From an uncultured Mycoplasmatota bacterium (GTDB lineage: Bacteria > Bacillota_I > Bacilli_A > RF39 > UBA660): a DNA stretch of 64,000 bases. Shown one piece after another: positions 43,175 to 53,113 of the stretch (position 1 is its first letter; each line of letters starts with the position of its first letter). The notes beneath the pieces are model-generated. The model made no database searches, had not been told where the DNA came from, and saw nothing but the letters and a program-made list of their open reading frames with translations. Location: positions 72,137 to 136,136 of the forward strand of contig CAOJEH010000003.1 in NCBI GenBank assembly GCA_948434005.1, in the 5' to 3' direction. Made by a program: the position numbers and the translations under genes.

Positions 43175-43903
43175 TTATTTAATTTTACATAATTTCTTTA
43201 CATAATTATACAATTTGCTATTTTCAGAAAAATCAGCTTCAGTATAAAAATCAACAATACTTTTTTCTTTAAAGAAATTTATATCTTTAATATTAAAATC
43301 GTTACGTACAAAAATTGACGTTCCTCCATGCTCTTTGATATATTCCATTGCATAAAAATCTGATACTCCATCACCTATATATATAACATCAGAGCAATCT
43401 TCATTATCTATATCATTCTTTTTAAGTATTTCTTTTATTATAGTAACTTTATTTTTATCATCAATAAAAATCTCAAATCCATCTATCTCATTATTATGGT
43501 CATAGGTAAAAGTAGTTGCATAAATTTCTTTAAAATATGATGCTATTTTAGTTTTATCTAGACATATTTTCATTCCGGAACTTAATAAATAGTTACTAAT
43601 ATTATTTTTAGATATCATATTTAAGTATTCAATTACTCCAGTATTATATTCAAGATTATCGTATCCTAAAGAAAGATTCTCATCTGTTAGTTTAAAACCT
43701 GCATTCTTAACTATTTCGAATAATATATCATACACAGCTTTATATAAATCTATATTTTTTTCTTTAGATCTTATTTTTGTTAATTCTAAAAACTGGGGGT
43801 TATATGCATCATCTTCTAAACCACTTTTTTCTAAAATCTCTAGCTTAGGTAATGCATAAGGTGTTAAGGTTCCATCAAAATCATAAATAATAATTTTATT
43901 CAC
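43175..43903 (-). CDS. HAD-family hydrolase
   Basis: YDFDGTLTP, LSSG, YIGDGVSD. Confidence 0.85.
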   Translation of the reverse strand: MNKIIIYDFDGTLTPYALPKLEILEKSGLEDDAYNPQFLELTKIRSKEKNIDLYKAVYDILFEIVKNAGFKLTDENLSLGYDNLEYNTGVIEYLNMISKNNISNYLLSSGMKICLDKTKIASYFKEIYATTFTYDHNNEIDGFEIFIDDKNKVTIIKEILKKNDIDNEDCSDVIYIGDGVSDFYAMEYIKEHGGTSIFVRNDFNIKDINFFKEKSIVDFYTEADFSENSKLYNYVKKLCKIK

Positions 43904-44053
43904 TATTATCTACTCCAATCTAAAACTTACTTTTATTGATACTATAATAATGATAGAATCAACATCTAAATTATATCATATTTTTTAATATATTTATAAT
44001 AATTCTTATGAGTTTAAAATACAAATTAAATCCATATTTAGATTTTATTAATT

Positions 44054-45634
44054 TTATTTTCCACTTGCGCCATAGTTTGATAAAAATCTTGCTGATGGAT
44101 CATCTACATTGCAGCCTTCCCACTCTTTATTTGGCATCCAAAAGTCTATTATTAAATCACTTCTATTTGGGTAAAACTCCTCAAATATTTCTCTATACAT
44201 TAGTGATTCTTTAGTAAACGGAGTATGTCTTTTATATTTTTTGCATTTATCTATAAATTCACTATCTGTATATTTTTGTTCTGCTAGTTCCTTTAAGTCA
44301 TCAACTAAGGAGTGTCCTACTGCATCTGAGAATGCTGCTTTTTCACGATATAGAATTTCATCTGGCAAATAATTATCAGTAAATGACTTTCTAAGTAAAT
44401 ATTTACCTTGTCCATAACTATTCATTTTCTTAAGAGGATCTATACTCATTACATATTTGATAAACTCTTTATCTGCAAATGGTACCCTTGCTTCTAAACT
44501 GCATCCTGATATACATCTATCTGCACGTAAAACATCATACATATAAAGTTCTTTAATTCTTTTTTCACTTTCTTTTTGAAATTCCTCTTTATTTGGTGCA
44601 AAATCAGTATATTTATAACCAAATAGTTCATCACTAACCTCTCCTGTTAATAGTACTCTAATATCTGTATTTTCTCTAATCCATTTAGATAGTAAATACA
44701 TTCCAACTGATGCTCTTATAGTTGTAATATCCCAGGTTTCTAGTTTTTCTATAACTTCTCTTAATGAATCTATTACCTCCTCCTTAGTAATAATTACTTC
44801 TTTATGATCACTGCCTATATAATCAGCTACTTTTTTAGCATATTTTAAATCAATTGCATCTGTATCCATTCCTATAGCAAATGTTTTTATTGGTTTATCT
44901 AAATTTCTTGCTGCAATAGAACATACTAAACTAGAATCAAGTCCTCCACTTAAAAGAAAGCCTAATGGAACATCTGAATCTAATCTTTTTATAACTGAAT
45001 CAGTTAGTTTTTTATTTATCTTCGCATAAATAGTATCTAAATCATCATAACAAAATTCATCTACTTTAGATAAATCAATATACTTTGTAAATTTTTTATT
45101 TGCATAAAAGTATCCTGGTGGAAAAGGAGAAACTTCATTACATAGTTTTGTTAATGCTTTAGCCTCACTCGCAAACATAATAGAACCACTTTTTTTAGAG
45201 TATCCATAAAACATAGGTCTTATTCCCATTGGATCACGACTTGCTATAAAGTCATCATTTTTACTATCATATAAAACACAAGCATACTCTGCATCTAACA
45301 TACTAAACATTTTCGTGCCATATTTTTCATATAAAGGTATAAGTATTTCACAATCACTTTCACTATCAAATTTATATCCTTCTTCTATTAATTTTTCTTT
45401 TATTTTTCTAAATCCATATATTTCACCATTACATACTAATATATTATTATCTCTTATAAATGGTTGCATACCTTCTTCAGATAAACCCATAATTGATAAT
45501 CTATGAAATCCAAAGTAACCTGTTGAATCTATAATTCTTGTTTGATCTGGACCACGATGTTTTATTTTTTTAAATTCCCTTTCAAATTCTATTTTTGATA
45601 TGTTTTTTTCTGTAGATACCATAAATCCACACAT
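44054..45634 (-). CDS. asnB: Asparagine synthase (glutamine-hydrolysing)
   Basis: N-terminal MCG, HRGPD, NGEIY, LSGGLDSS, LEARVPF. Confidence 0.95.
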   Translation of the reverse strand: MCGFMVSTEKNISKIEFEREFKKIKHRGPDQTRIIDSTGYFGFHRLSIMGLSEEGMQPFIRDNNILVCNGEIYGFRKIKEKLIEEGYKFDSESDCEILIPLYEKYGTKMFSMLDAEYACVLYDSKNDDFIASRDPMGIRPMFYGYSKKSGSIMFASEAKALTKLCNEVSPFPPGYFYANKKFTKYIDLSKVDEFCYDDLDTIYAKINKKLTDSVIKRLDSDVPLGFLLSGGLDSSLVCSIAARNLDKPIKTFAIGMDTDAIDLKYAKKVADYIGSDHKEVIITKEEVIDSLREVIEKLETWDITTIRASVGMYLLSKWIRENTDIRVLLTGEVSDELFGYKYTDFAPNKEEFQKESEKRIKELYMYDVLRADRCISGCSLEARVPFADKEFIKYVMSIDPLKKMNSYGQGKYLLRKSFTDNYLPDEILYREKAAFSDAVGHSLVDDLKELAEQKYTDSEFIDKCKKYKRHTPFTKESLMYREIFEEFYPNRSDLIIDFWMPNKEWEGCNVDDPSARFLSNYGASGK

Positions 45635-45659
45635 AATAAATCACCTTCCTTATATAAAT

Positions 45660-45940
45660 TAAAAAGACTAGTCTCATACTCACATATACAAAAGTATACA
45701 TGGGACGAAACTAGTCTTCCGCGGTACCACCCAATTTATTATAAAGAATTTATAATCACCTTATTCGATTCTTCCAAATCTAGTATCTTATAACGGGATA
45801 CAATCCGACTTAGCCTACTTGGATATCCTTTCGGTAAGCAACTCCAGAGTGTTCTTTCAAATAGTCTTAATTATTAGGCTTACACCATACCCTAACTCGC
45901 TTAAATTTTAACTAATTTACTTTTCTCTTTCAAAGTTATT
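45660..45940 (-). ncRNA. Asn T-box riboswitch
   Basis: T-box TGGGTGGTACCGCG (45720-45733), specifier AAC in GAAAGAACAC, terminator ...GAGACTAGTCTTTTT; TTGACA-18-TATAAT promoter upstream. Confidence 0.92.
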
Positions 45941-45983
45941 GAATACATTATATATTATATTATATTCATTTGTCAAATTTTTA

Positions 45984-46301
45984 TTACTGTGATTTATTTT
46001 TTCTTTTATAATATTTAACTTCTAATCTATCAAAATCAAAGGTTCTAATCATCCATCCTGTCTTTTCCCACATTGATTCTGGTAATCCTCTAATACCATT
46101 ATTCTTTAACTGATCCATATTCGTAATTCCAATAGATAGTAGTTTTTGTTTTAATTCAAAGTCGTAGCAAATATCTTCAATCTTTATTTGACTATTCCAA
46201 CTGTTCATTTTTTCACTAATATATGAAGAAAGGGCTCTTAATTCATCTATAGATAATTTGTCTATTATTCTAAAAATTGATTGATCCATTTTTATTACCA
46301 C
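45984..46301 (-). CDS. Orphan protein with RNA polymerase alpha-CTD/HhH-like segment
   Basis: IEDICYDFELKQKLLSIGITNMDQL resembles the alphaCTD pattern; ends VKYYKRKNKSQ. Confidence 0.5.
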   Translation of the reverse strand: MVIKMDQSIFRIIDKLSIDELRALSSYISEKMNSWNSQIKIEDICYDFELKQKLLSIGITNMDQLKNNGIRGLPESMWEKTGWMIRTFDFDRLEVKYYKRKNKSQ

Positions 46302-46323
46302 TTTCTATATATATTTAATCAGC

Positions 46324-47133
46324 TTAGTCAGTTTTAACTATTTGTTTAGGTTTATCACTTGGTGGAACTAGTGATATCTTACCTTCTGTAATATAGTTTA
46401 CAAAACCTCCATCAACTTGCATTAACATTGCTAAGAAGTTATTATCTGATAGCCAAGCTGCTTGGACATTGTTCTTAAATAAACCATCTACAAAATTGCC
46501 ATCTTCATCTTTCTTAAATATAGTTTCATATACTTCAGAAATATTTAAATAACCATTATTTTCTCTTTTCTTTTTTAAATATTTAATAACTAAACCTGTA
46601 TTTTTTTGTGCATCTTTTGTTGCTACTAAGAAAGTTTCTACATTTTCACTAGTATCAGAATCCATTGCTTTATTAACTAAATCAAAACTAGATCTAGCAA
46701 ACTCTCCCATAGCTTTTAAATATTTAGAATCTAAAGATACAATTGTATGTGCAAAGTCTAAATCATCTTTTAATTCATCAGATGCCAAAGTTCTAAATAG
46801 GTCACAAACATCTGCATCATCTCTAAGTTTATATTCTAGTTTACTTTCAGACTCATAATCACGCATAAATACTTTAGTAAACAATTCCCTTTCATCATAG
46901 AAAGTTTTAATACCCAACTGCTGTTTTAAACTTTGAATATTACTTTTACTAAAACCTGATCTACTTATTGAACCTACTTGTAACATATAATTTACTATTA
47001 AGGCATCTTCATGACTTTCAAGTTTTAAATCATCTTCTAGTTTGGTAGAAGACATAATTTGATAATATGAAAGTTTATTGGTATTCGGACATATTTCTAA
47101 AGTCTTTTTTAAGTTAGTATATACATTTTCCAT
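46324..47133 (-). CDS. Orphan helical protein
   Basis: GGAGGTGA RBS, TTGATA-17-TATAAT promoter; ends DKPKQIVKTD. Confidence 0.7.
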   Translation of the reverse strand: MENVYTNLKKTLEICPNTNKLSYYQIMSSTKLEDDLKLESHEDALIVNYMLQVGSISRSGFSKSNIQSLKQQLGIKTFYDERELFTKVFMRDYESESKLEYKLRDDADVCDLFRTLASDELKDDLDFAHTIVSLDSKYLKAMGEFARSSFDLVNKAMDSDTSENVETFLVATKDAQKNTGLVIKYLKKKRENNGYLNISEVYETIFKKDEDGNFVDGLFKNNVQAAWLSDNNFLAMLMQVDGGFVNYITEGKISLVPPSDKPKQIVKTD

Positions 47134-47264
47134 ATAATCACCTCCATTTGTTTTTCTATTATACTATAAATGTATACTTATATCAATAATGATTGGTTAC
47201 ATTTTTATAAATTTTCTTTTATAACTATTAACTTTATGGTAGAATTATAAATGGAAGTGATAAT

Positions 47265-48269
47265 ATGAAAAAAACTATTCTTACAGGATTACGTCCAACT
47301 GGTAACCTACACTTAGGGCATCTATTTGGAGCAGGACAAAATTATGTAAAGATGCAAGATGAATATGAGTTCTTTTTAGAAATTGCAGATGTTCAAGCTC
47401 TTACTGATAATTTTAATAATCCTGAAAAAGTTAGAAAAAATGTTTATGAACTTACAATGGATTTACTAGCAATAGGTGTTGATCCTCATAAAGTAAATTT
47501 ATTTATTCAATCTAAGATACCAGAAATTGCGGAACTTACAGTATTTTATTCTAATTTAGTTACTATTGCTAGATTATATAGAAATCCTACTGTTAAAAGT
47601 GAAGTATCTCAAAAGAAAGAGTTATTTGGTAATGATGGTGAAAGTATAACATATGGATTTTTAGGTTATCCGGTTAGTCAAGCTGCTGATATAACTGCTT
47701 TAGGTGGAGAGGTTGTTCCTGTGGGTGATGATCAATTACCTTTACTTGAACAATGTCGTGAAATTGTTAGAAAGTTTAATAATATATATGGAAATGTTTT
47801 ATCGGAACCTGAAGCTGTACTTAGTAATACTAGTAGACTAAAAGGACTAGATGGTAATGAAAAAATGGGAAAAAGTCTAGGTAATGCAATCTTTTTAATA
47901 GATTCAGAAGAAACTATCTCTAAAAAAGTAATGGATGCTGTTACTGATCCTTCTAAAATAAGAAAAGATGATCCTGCTAATCCTGATATTTGTATGGTAT
48001 ATTATTATCATAAATTAGTTACTCCTAAAGATGATTTAAAAACAGTATGTAGTGAATGTAGGAATGGTGATAGAGGTTGTGTTGCTTGTAAAAAAGAACT
48101 TATTAAAAATTTATGCGATTTCTTACAACCTATAAAAGATAGAAGAAAACAATATGAAGATGATCCACTATTAGTTCAAAAAATACTATCAGATGGTACA
48201 AATAAAGCGAGGGAAAGAGCTAAAGCTACAATGAAACAAGTAAAAGAAGCTATGAAAATAGACTACTAA
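47265..48269 (+). CDS. trpS: Tryptophan--tRNA ligase
   Basis: TGLRPTGNLHLGH, YPVSQAADI, VPVGDDQ, KMGKS. Confidence 0.97.
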   Translation: MKKTILTGLRPTGNLHLGHLFGAGQNYVKMQDEYEFFLEIADVQALTDNFNNPEKVRKNVYELTMDLLAIGVDPHKVNLFIQSKIPEIAELTVFYSNLVTIARLYRNPTVKSEVSQKKELFGNDGESITYGFLGYPVSQAADITALGGEVVPVGDDQLPLLEQCREIVRKFNNIYGNVLSEPEAVLSNTSRLKGLDGNEKMGKSLGNAIFLIDSEETISKKVMDAVTDPSKIRKDDPANPDICMVYYYHKLVTPKDDLKTVCSECRNGDRGCVACKKELIKNLCDFLQPIKDRRKQYEDDPLLVQKILSDGTNKARERAKATMKQVKEAMKIDY

Positions 48270-48285
48270 AAAGAATATGTATAAA

Positions 48286-48705
48286 TTACATATTCCTTTT
48301 TTTTGTTTTCATTTGTTTTTTTGCTCGATCCTCTTTAAACTTTTTATAATCTCTATCAAATTCATGCATATGATTATTAAAAGCTTTATAAGCACCTGAT
48401 TTACTAAATTTTCCTTTACAATAGTTACTTGCAGGAACCTTGAAATCAATTGTATATACAGGTTTAATACTAAGACCAGTTGAACTATCTTCCTCTTTAA
48501 TATCTCTATCACTATTTCCAAGATCTATATATCTTTCACCATCAAAACGTAAAACTGTTGGATAATTATATTCTAATTTTTTTCCGCTAAGTCCAATATT
48601 AGCTTCCCAAATGGCTCTATCTAGTTCAGGATCTCCTTGGTACTCTGGATTTATTACTTTAACAGATGAAAAAAACAATTCTTCATCACTATATCTTTCA
48701 AACAT
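48286..48705 (-). CDS. Orphan protein with basic C-terminus
   Basis: GGAGGT RBS; ends AKKQMKTKKRNM. Confidence 0.65.
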   Translation of the reverse strand: MFERYSDEELFFSSVKVINPEYQGDPELDRAIWEANIGLSGKKLEYNYPTVLRFDGERYIDLGNSDRDIKEEDSSTGLSIKPVYTIDFKVPASNYCKGKFSKSGAYKAFNNHMHEFDRDYKKFKEDRAKKQMKTKKRNM

Positions 48706-48787
48706 AAAATACCTCCATTGATTATTATATTATCATAAACAATATATATTCCGCAATAATTCTATATTATTTTTACAAAAAAAACTA

Positions 48788-49450
48788 CTAATTTAATGTA
48801 GTCTTCTTCTTATGAGTTAATCTAATAATTCCATATAATTTATCGTGTTTCTCATTATAATTATTATCTATACTATCTAATAATATTTTATATCTATCTA
48901 CTAAAGACTTATTATCCTTAGGATATATTTCTTCATATAAATAATTTATTTTTTCAAATTTTTTCTTTTTATAAGATATTTTTAATTCTTTTAATAAGTA
49001 ATTTCTCCTAAATTCTTCTTCTCTTGTTAATAAATAACTATTATTATATCTCTTTACTATTTTATAATCCAAACTTCTTAGTTTAACTTCATTACTTAAA
49101 TCTAGAATCTCATCTTCTTCATCTAACAAAAGATTGCTTTTAAAAAGTGATTTACCTTCTTTATTAAACTCTACTGCTACTACTTTATAGGTATCTGTAA
49201 ATAATACACCATAATCTATCTTTGAAGTACCTGTATCTGTATATACTTCTGATTTTCTATATATTTCATTTAGAAAAGATTTATCTACTGTAAAGGTACT
49301 GTTAATTATATCATATAAAGTATTAGTTGTTACTCTTACCATTGGTATTTTCTTTATATGTTCTATATTATCTTTTTTATTCCATTCAAATGATTCATAT
49401 ACTCTATTACTATCTATTAAATTTAAGATTATATCATAAACATTTATCAT
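48788..49450 (-). CDS. YjbA/DUF3603-like protein
   Basis: VYDIILN...FEWNKKDNIEHIKKIP, KSNLLLDEE. Confidence 0.65.
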   Translation of the reverse strand: MINVYDIILNLIDSNRVYESFEWNKKDNIEHIKKIPMVRVTTNTLYDIINSTFTVDKSFLNEIYRKSEVYTDTGTSKIDYGVLFTDTYKVVAVEFNKEGKSLFKSNLLLDEEDEILDLSNEVKLRSLDYKIVKRYNNSYLLTREEEFRRNYLLKELKISYKKKKFEKINYLYEEIYPKDNKSLVDRYKILLDSIDNNYNEKHDKLYGIIRLTHKKKTTLN

Positions 49451-49655
49451 GTTTTTTCTCCTTTCTTAGCATTATTATTAAAATAATAATAATACCTATT
49501 AATAGTAACCAACATTCATATCTAGTTATACAATAAGATAAATATTCACTTATAGTATAACCAAAACTAAGTAGATTTATATATATTATAAAATATGAAA
49601 AACCTATTATCATAAATATAAATCCAATTAAAAAGAAAACTATTCTCGTTATCAT
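49434..49655 (-). CDS. Small two-TM membrane protein
   Basis: AAGGAG RBS; hydrophobic; YINLLSFGY. Confidence 0.6.
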   Translation of the reverse strand: MITRIVFFLIGFIFMIIGFSYFIIYINLLSFGYTISEYLSYCITRYECWLLLIGIIIILIIMLRKEKKHDKCL

Positions 49656-49736
49656 TTTAGCTCCTTAATTATATTTATGAATTATCTAATTATAGTATAC
49701 AAATTATTTTTTTATTTATACAAAAAAAGAATATTA

Positions 49737-50807
49737 CTATTCTTTATGATCTATTAATTTATCTATTTCAACTTTATTAATTGATGCGAATTTTTTAGTT
49801 ATTTTTTCTGTTGTTATAGAAACATTTTCTACATCTTTATTAACTGCTTCAATACTACGTGATAATTTATCCCAACGTTCCTTATATCTAGAGAATTCTA
49901 TGCCAAGTTTATTTAATTCTTCATGGATTACTTTTGTATATTTATCTCTTTCTATATTTTTTATAATCATTTGAATTACAGTTAAAGTTGAAATTAAAGT
50001 AGTTGGTGATGTTATCCATACTCTCTTTTTATAGGCATATTCTATAATATCAGAGTGATATGCATTTATCTCTGCAAATATAGCTTCAGCTGGTAAAAAC
50101 ATAATTGCTTGATTACTTGTCTCATTTGGAATGATATATTTTTCACTTATAGCATCTATATGTTTTTTTACATCTACTTTGAATAACTTTTCATATTTTT
50201 CTCTTTCTAGTTTTGAAATTCCTTTATCTACCATTTGTTGATAATGTTCTAAAGGAAATTTTGAATCTATAGCAATAGTACCTAAAGGTTCCGGTGCGAA
50301 TAAAACAGAATCAGCAATATATTTATTACTCATAGTATATTGAAGTTTATAAACTTTATCATTCTTTTCACCAAATACACTAACTAAAATATGTTTTAAA
50401 TTAACTTCTCCATAAATACCTCTACTCTTTTTATCAGTTAAAATACTTTGTAATGAAACTATATCAGTAGATAATGTTTCTATTTTCTTTTGAGCTTCAT
50501 CTATTTTAGATAATCTCTCTATAACTGATGTAAAAGTCTTGTTTGTTTTTTCAAAATTTTCATCTAATCTTTCGTTTACTTTTTCGTTTATAATCATTAA
50601 TCTCTTTTCTACCTGCTCATTAAGTTTATTAAAATCAGTATTCATATTACGAGTTAAGTCTGATTTAAAATTACTTAGTTCTTTTACTATTTCTAATTCC
50701 AATTTACCTAATCTTTCTGTGATATTACTTTCATTAATATTTTTAAATAATGAGATTACTATTAATATTAAATTTACTACTAAAAGTCCTATAATTATAT
50801 AATTCAT
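49737..50807 (-). CDS. rmuC: DNA recombination protein RmuC
   Basis: RGIYGE, IDSKFP, ISEKYI, MFLPAEA, SPTTL. Confidence 0.92.
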   Translation of the reverse strand: MNYIIIGLLVVNLILIVISLFKNINESNITERLGKLELEIVKELSNFKSDLTRNMNTDFNKLNEQVEKRLMIINEKVNERLDENFEKTNKTFTSVIERLSKIDEAQKKIETLSTDIVSLQSILTDKKSRGIYGEVNLKHILVSVFGEKNDKVYKLQYTMSNKYIADSVLFAPEPLGTIAIDSKFPLEHYQQMVDKGISKLEREKYEKLFKVDVKKHIDAISEKYIIPNETSNQAIMFLPAEAIFAEINAYHSDIIEYAYKKRVWITSPTTLISTLTVIQMIIKNIERDKYTKVIHEELNKLGIEFSRYKERWDKLSRSIEAVNKDVENVSITTEKITKKFASINKVEIDKLIDHKE

Positions 50808-50818
50808 AAATACACCTC

Positions 50819-51388
50819 TTACTCTACTTTCATTTTTTTACTTATTAGTTTTGATAGGAAATAGGCAACTACAATAAGAGTTGTTGCAAAAATAAGTGAT
50901 GAGATATCTGTAATACTCTCGATTAAACTTTTTCCAACTAATCCCCAAAATGCTATCATAAATATTTTTCCTGTTAATAAAGAAATTATATATTTTCTTT
51001 TACTAATACCAACTAATCCTGCAGATATATTAATTAAAAATGCAGGTGTAAATGGTAAAGCTAATAGAACAACTAAATTTGGAAAACTTATAGTTTTCAT
51101 TTTATTAATAACCTTTTTAAACTTTTTCTTCTTTTCAATTTTATTTAAAAATTTATTAGAAAAAAGTGAAAATAACAAAAAGGATATATAACAACCTAAA
51201 CATGTAGACAACCATGATACAATAATACCTAAAATTAAGCCATAGGCATTTATATTAAGCGCTACAAAAACACCTAGAGGTAGTGCTGGTATTATTGATT
51301 CTAATAATATTAACAAAACACCATATATTAAACCACCACTTTGTAATAGGCTTGTGAAATATTCTACTAAGTTGTTAATAAGTTCCAT
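50819..51388 (-). CDS. TVP38/TMEM64 (VTT, DedA-like) membrane protein
   Basis: LESIIPALPL, PFTPAFLIN. Confidence 0.85.
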   Translation of the reverse strand: MELINNLVEYFTSLLQSGGLIYGVLLILLESIIPALPLGVFVALNINAYGLILGIIVSWLSTCLGCYISFLLFSLFSNKFLNKIEKKKKFKKVINKMKTISFPNLVVLLALPFTPAFLINISAGLVGISKRKYIISLLTGKIFMIAFWGLVGKSLIESITDISSLIFATTLIVVAYFLSKLISKKMKVE

Positions 51389-51449
51389 ATAATCACCTAT
51401 TATTATTATAGTATAAAAATAAGTGTTTTAAAAGAAAAAGATAGTAATC

Positions 51450-51749
51450 TTATTTACTATCTTCAATATAAGAATTATATCCACCTTTTATTGTTACTAC
51501 ATTGTAACCTAAATTAGCTAGATAACTACATAATCCTTTACTAGAGGATCCAAAACTACAAAAAATATAATATGTATAATTTTTATTTAAATATTTTTTT
51601 GGATCTATTAATAATTCGTTATATGTTATATTTTTAGCATTTTTTATAGTACCATTTAAATATGAATAATTATCTCTAATATCTATTAATTCTATATTTT
51701 CTTTTTTTAATAATTCCTTTAATTCATAAGAATTAATTTCTTTATACAT
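51450..51749 (-). CDS. Rhodanese-like protein
   Basis: LIDIR, IFCSFGSSS, IKGGY. Confidence 0.85.
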   Translation of the reverse strand: MYKEINSYELKELLKKENIELIDIRDNYSYLNGTIKNAKNITYNELLIDPKKYLNKNYTYYIFCSFGSSSKGLCSYLANLGYNVVTIKGGYNSYIEDSK

Positions 51750-51775
51750 ATACTACACCCCAATATAGTATATGA

Positions 51776-51808
51776 AAAAAAAGTAATCTGAACTATTACA
51801 GATTACTT
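51776..51808 (-). terminator. Terminator closing the T4SS-like cluster
   Basis: aagtaatctg...cagattactt hairpin followed by a U-tract on the minus strand. Confidence 0.7.
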
Positions 51809-53093
51809 ATCTAACTATATAAGGTTTATTTTTAGTACCTTTTCCCTTTTCAATCATAGCACTATCATTTAAATGTATAACTGGTCTTAAAGCATTATTA
51901 GAATAAGCATTATCATTATCAACATGTCCTGATGATAAATAATATACTTTTGAACTATCAGTAGCTACTCCATTAGCTAACCAAAAAGTCTCACTTTCTG
52001 ATAAATAATTATAGTTTTGACATTCTGGTGAAGTTGTTTTTGTACAACCTGGATCTATTGAGGCATTTAAATAATCATATACTGAAAGTAATGACATCTT
52101 AGTCTCATATCTCGTCTTACATTCACTGCTTCCATCTTTTGTGGTATCATCTTCTGCTCTAGTACCAACACAAGCGCTAAACTTTTTAAGCTTACTTTTA
52201 ATTTTTTTATTAAAATATACTTCTTCGTTACTATATTCCATATATTCTTCACTTTCACTATCTTCGAATCCACCATCGTATAATTTTTCTATATGTGTAG
52301 ATATGGTACTATTTTTATATACATTAATTCCTGTTTCATTTTCCATAGAACTATTATATCTTGAATCCCAAGAATAAGAATTATTAGTAACTTCATCTTT
52401 TATTAGTACTATTTCACTATTATTTACGACTTTTATAATTCTCCACAAAGTATCTTTACCCTTAAATTTAACGTAGTTATCTACATATTTACCTCTATAG
52501 ACATATTCATTATTCATTTTATATAGTCCATATCCAGTTGTAACAATATTATCTTTATTAACTATCTCTTTATATAATTCTCTAGTCTTATAGTTTTCTC
52601 CACAATCTAAATATGCAGTATAATTATATGAATTAGAAATATTTTCTACTACTACTTTTCCTGAACATGTCTCATCTTTTATATATTCATCAAGGGATTT
52701 CATATATTTATTATTTGATAATGTATCTGCTGTTATATATACAGAATTATTCTTAGATGGAAGTTTACTCTTATTATCTTTAAAATATAATTTTGCAGCT
52801 TCAACCATTTCATCTTCAACATCAGAATACGAAAAATTTCCATCAGAACCACCTGATACTAAATAACCTATTAAGATAATAATTCCTACTAAAACAATTG
52901 CACCAATAAATAGTTTAATCATTTTAGATCTAAATTCCATCTTTGAGGTTATACTAACTACCTTTTTATCATTTTGAATATTTTCTATAGGTTCATCATC
53001 ATAGCCAGGTACATCAGTAAGTTCTTCTTTTTCTTCTTCTTTTTGCGTAATCTTATCTTTATCAATATGATTACTGTTAGGATCTATACTCAT
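51807..53093 (-). CDS. Membrane-anchored Cys-containing surface protein (DUF6273-like), downstream of virD4
   Basis: TM; EAAKLYF...C..Y..YLDC module; NYVKF..LWRII, FWL, LRPVIHL. Confidence 0.65.
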   Translation of the reverse strand: MSIDPNSNHIDKDKITQKEEEKEELTDVPGYDDEPIENIQNDKKVVSITSKMEFRSKMIKLFIGAIVLVGIIILIGYLVSGGSDGNFSYSDVEDEMVEAAKLYFKDNKSKLPSKNNSVYITADTLSNNKYMKSLDEYIKDETCSGKVVVENISNSYNYTAYLDCGENYKTRELYKEIVNKDNIVTTGYGLYKMNNEYVYRGKYVDNYVKFKGKDTLWRIIKVVNNSEIVLIKDEVTNNSYSWDSRYNSSMENETGINVYKNSTISTHIEKLYDGGFEDSESEEYMEYSNEEVYFNKKIKSKLKKFSACVGTRAEDDTTKDGSSECKTRYETKMSLLSVYDYLNASIDPGCTKTTSPECQNYNYLSESETFWLANGVATDSSKVYYLSSGHVDNDNAYSNNALRPVIHLNDSAMIEKGKGTKNKPYIVR

Positions 53094-53113
53094 AGTAATA
53101 CCTCTTTTCTATA

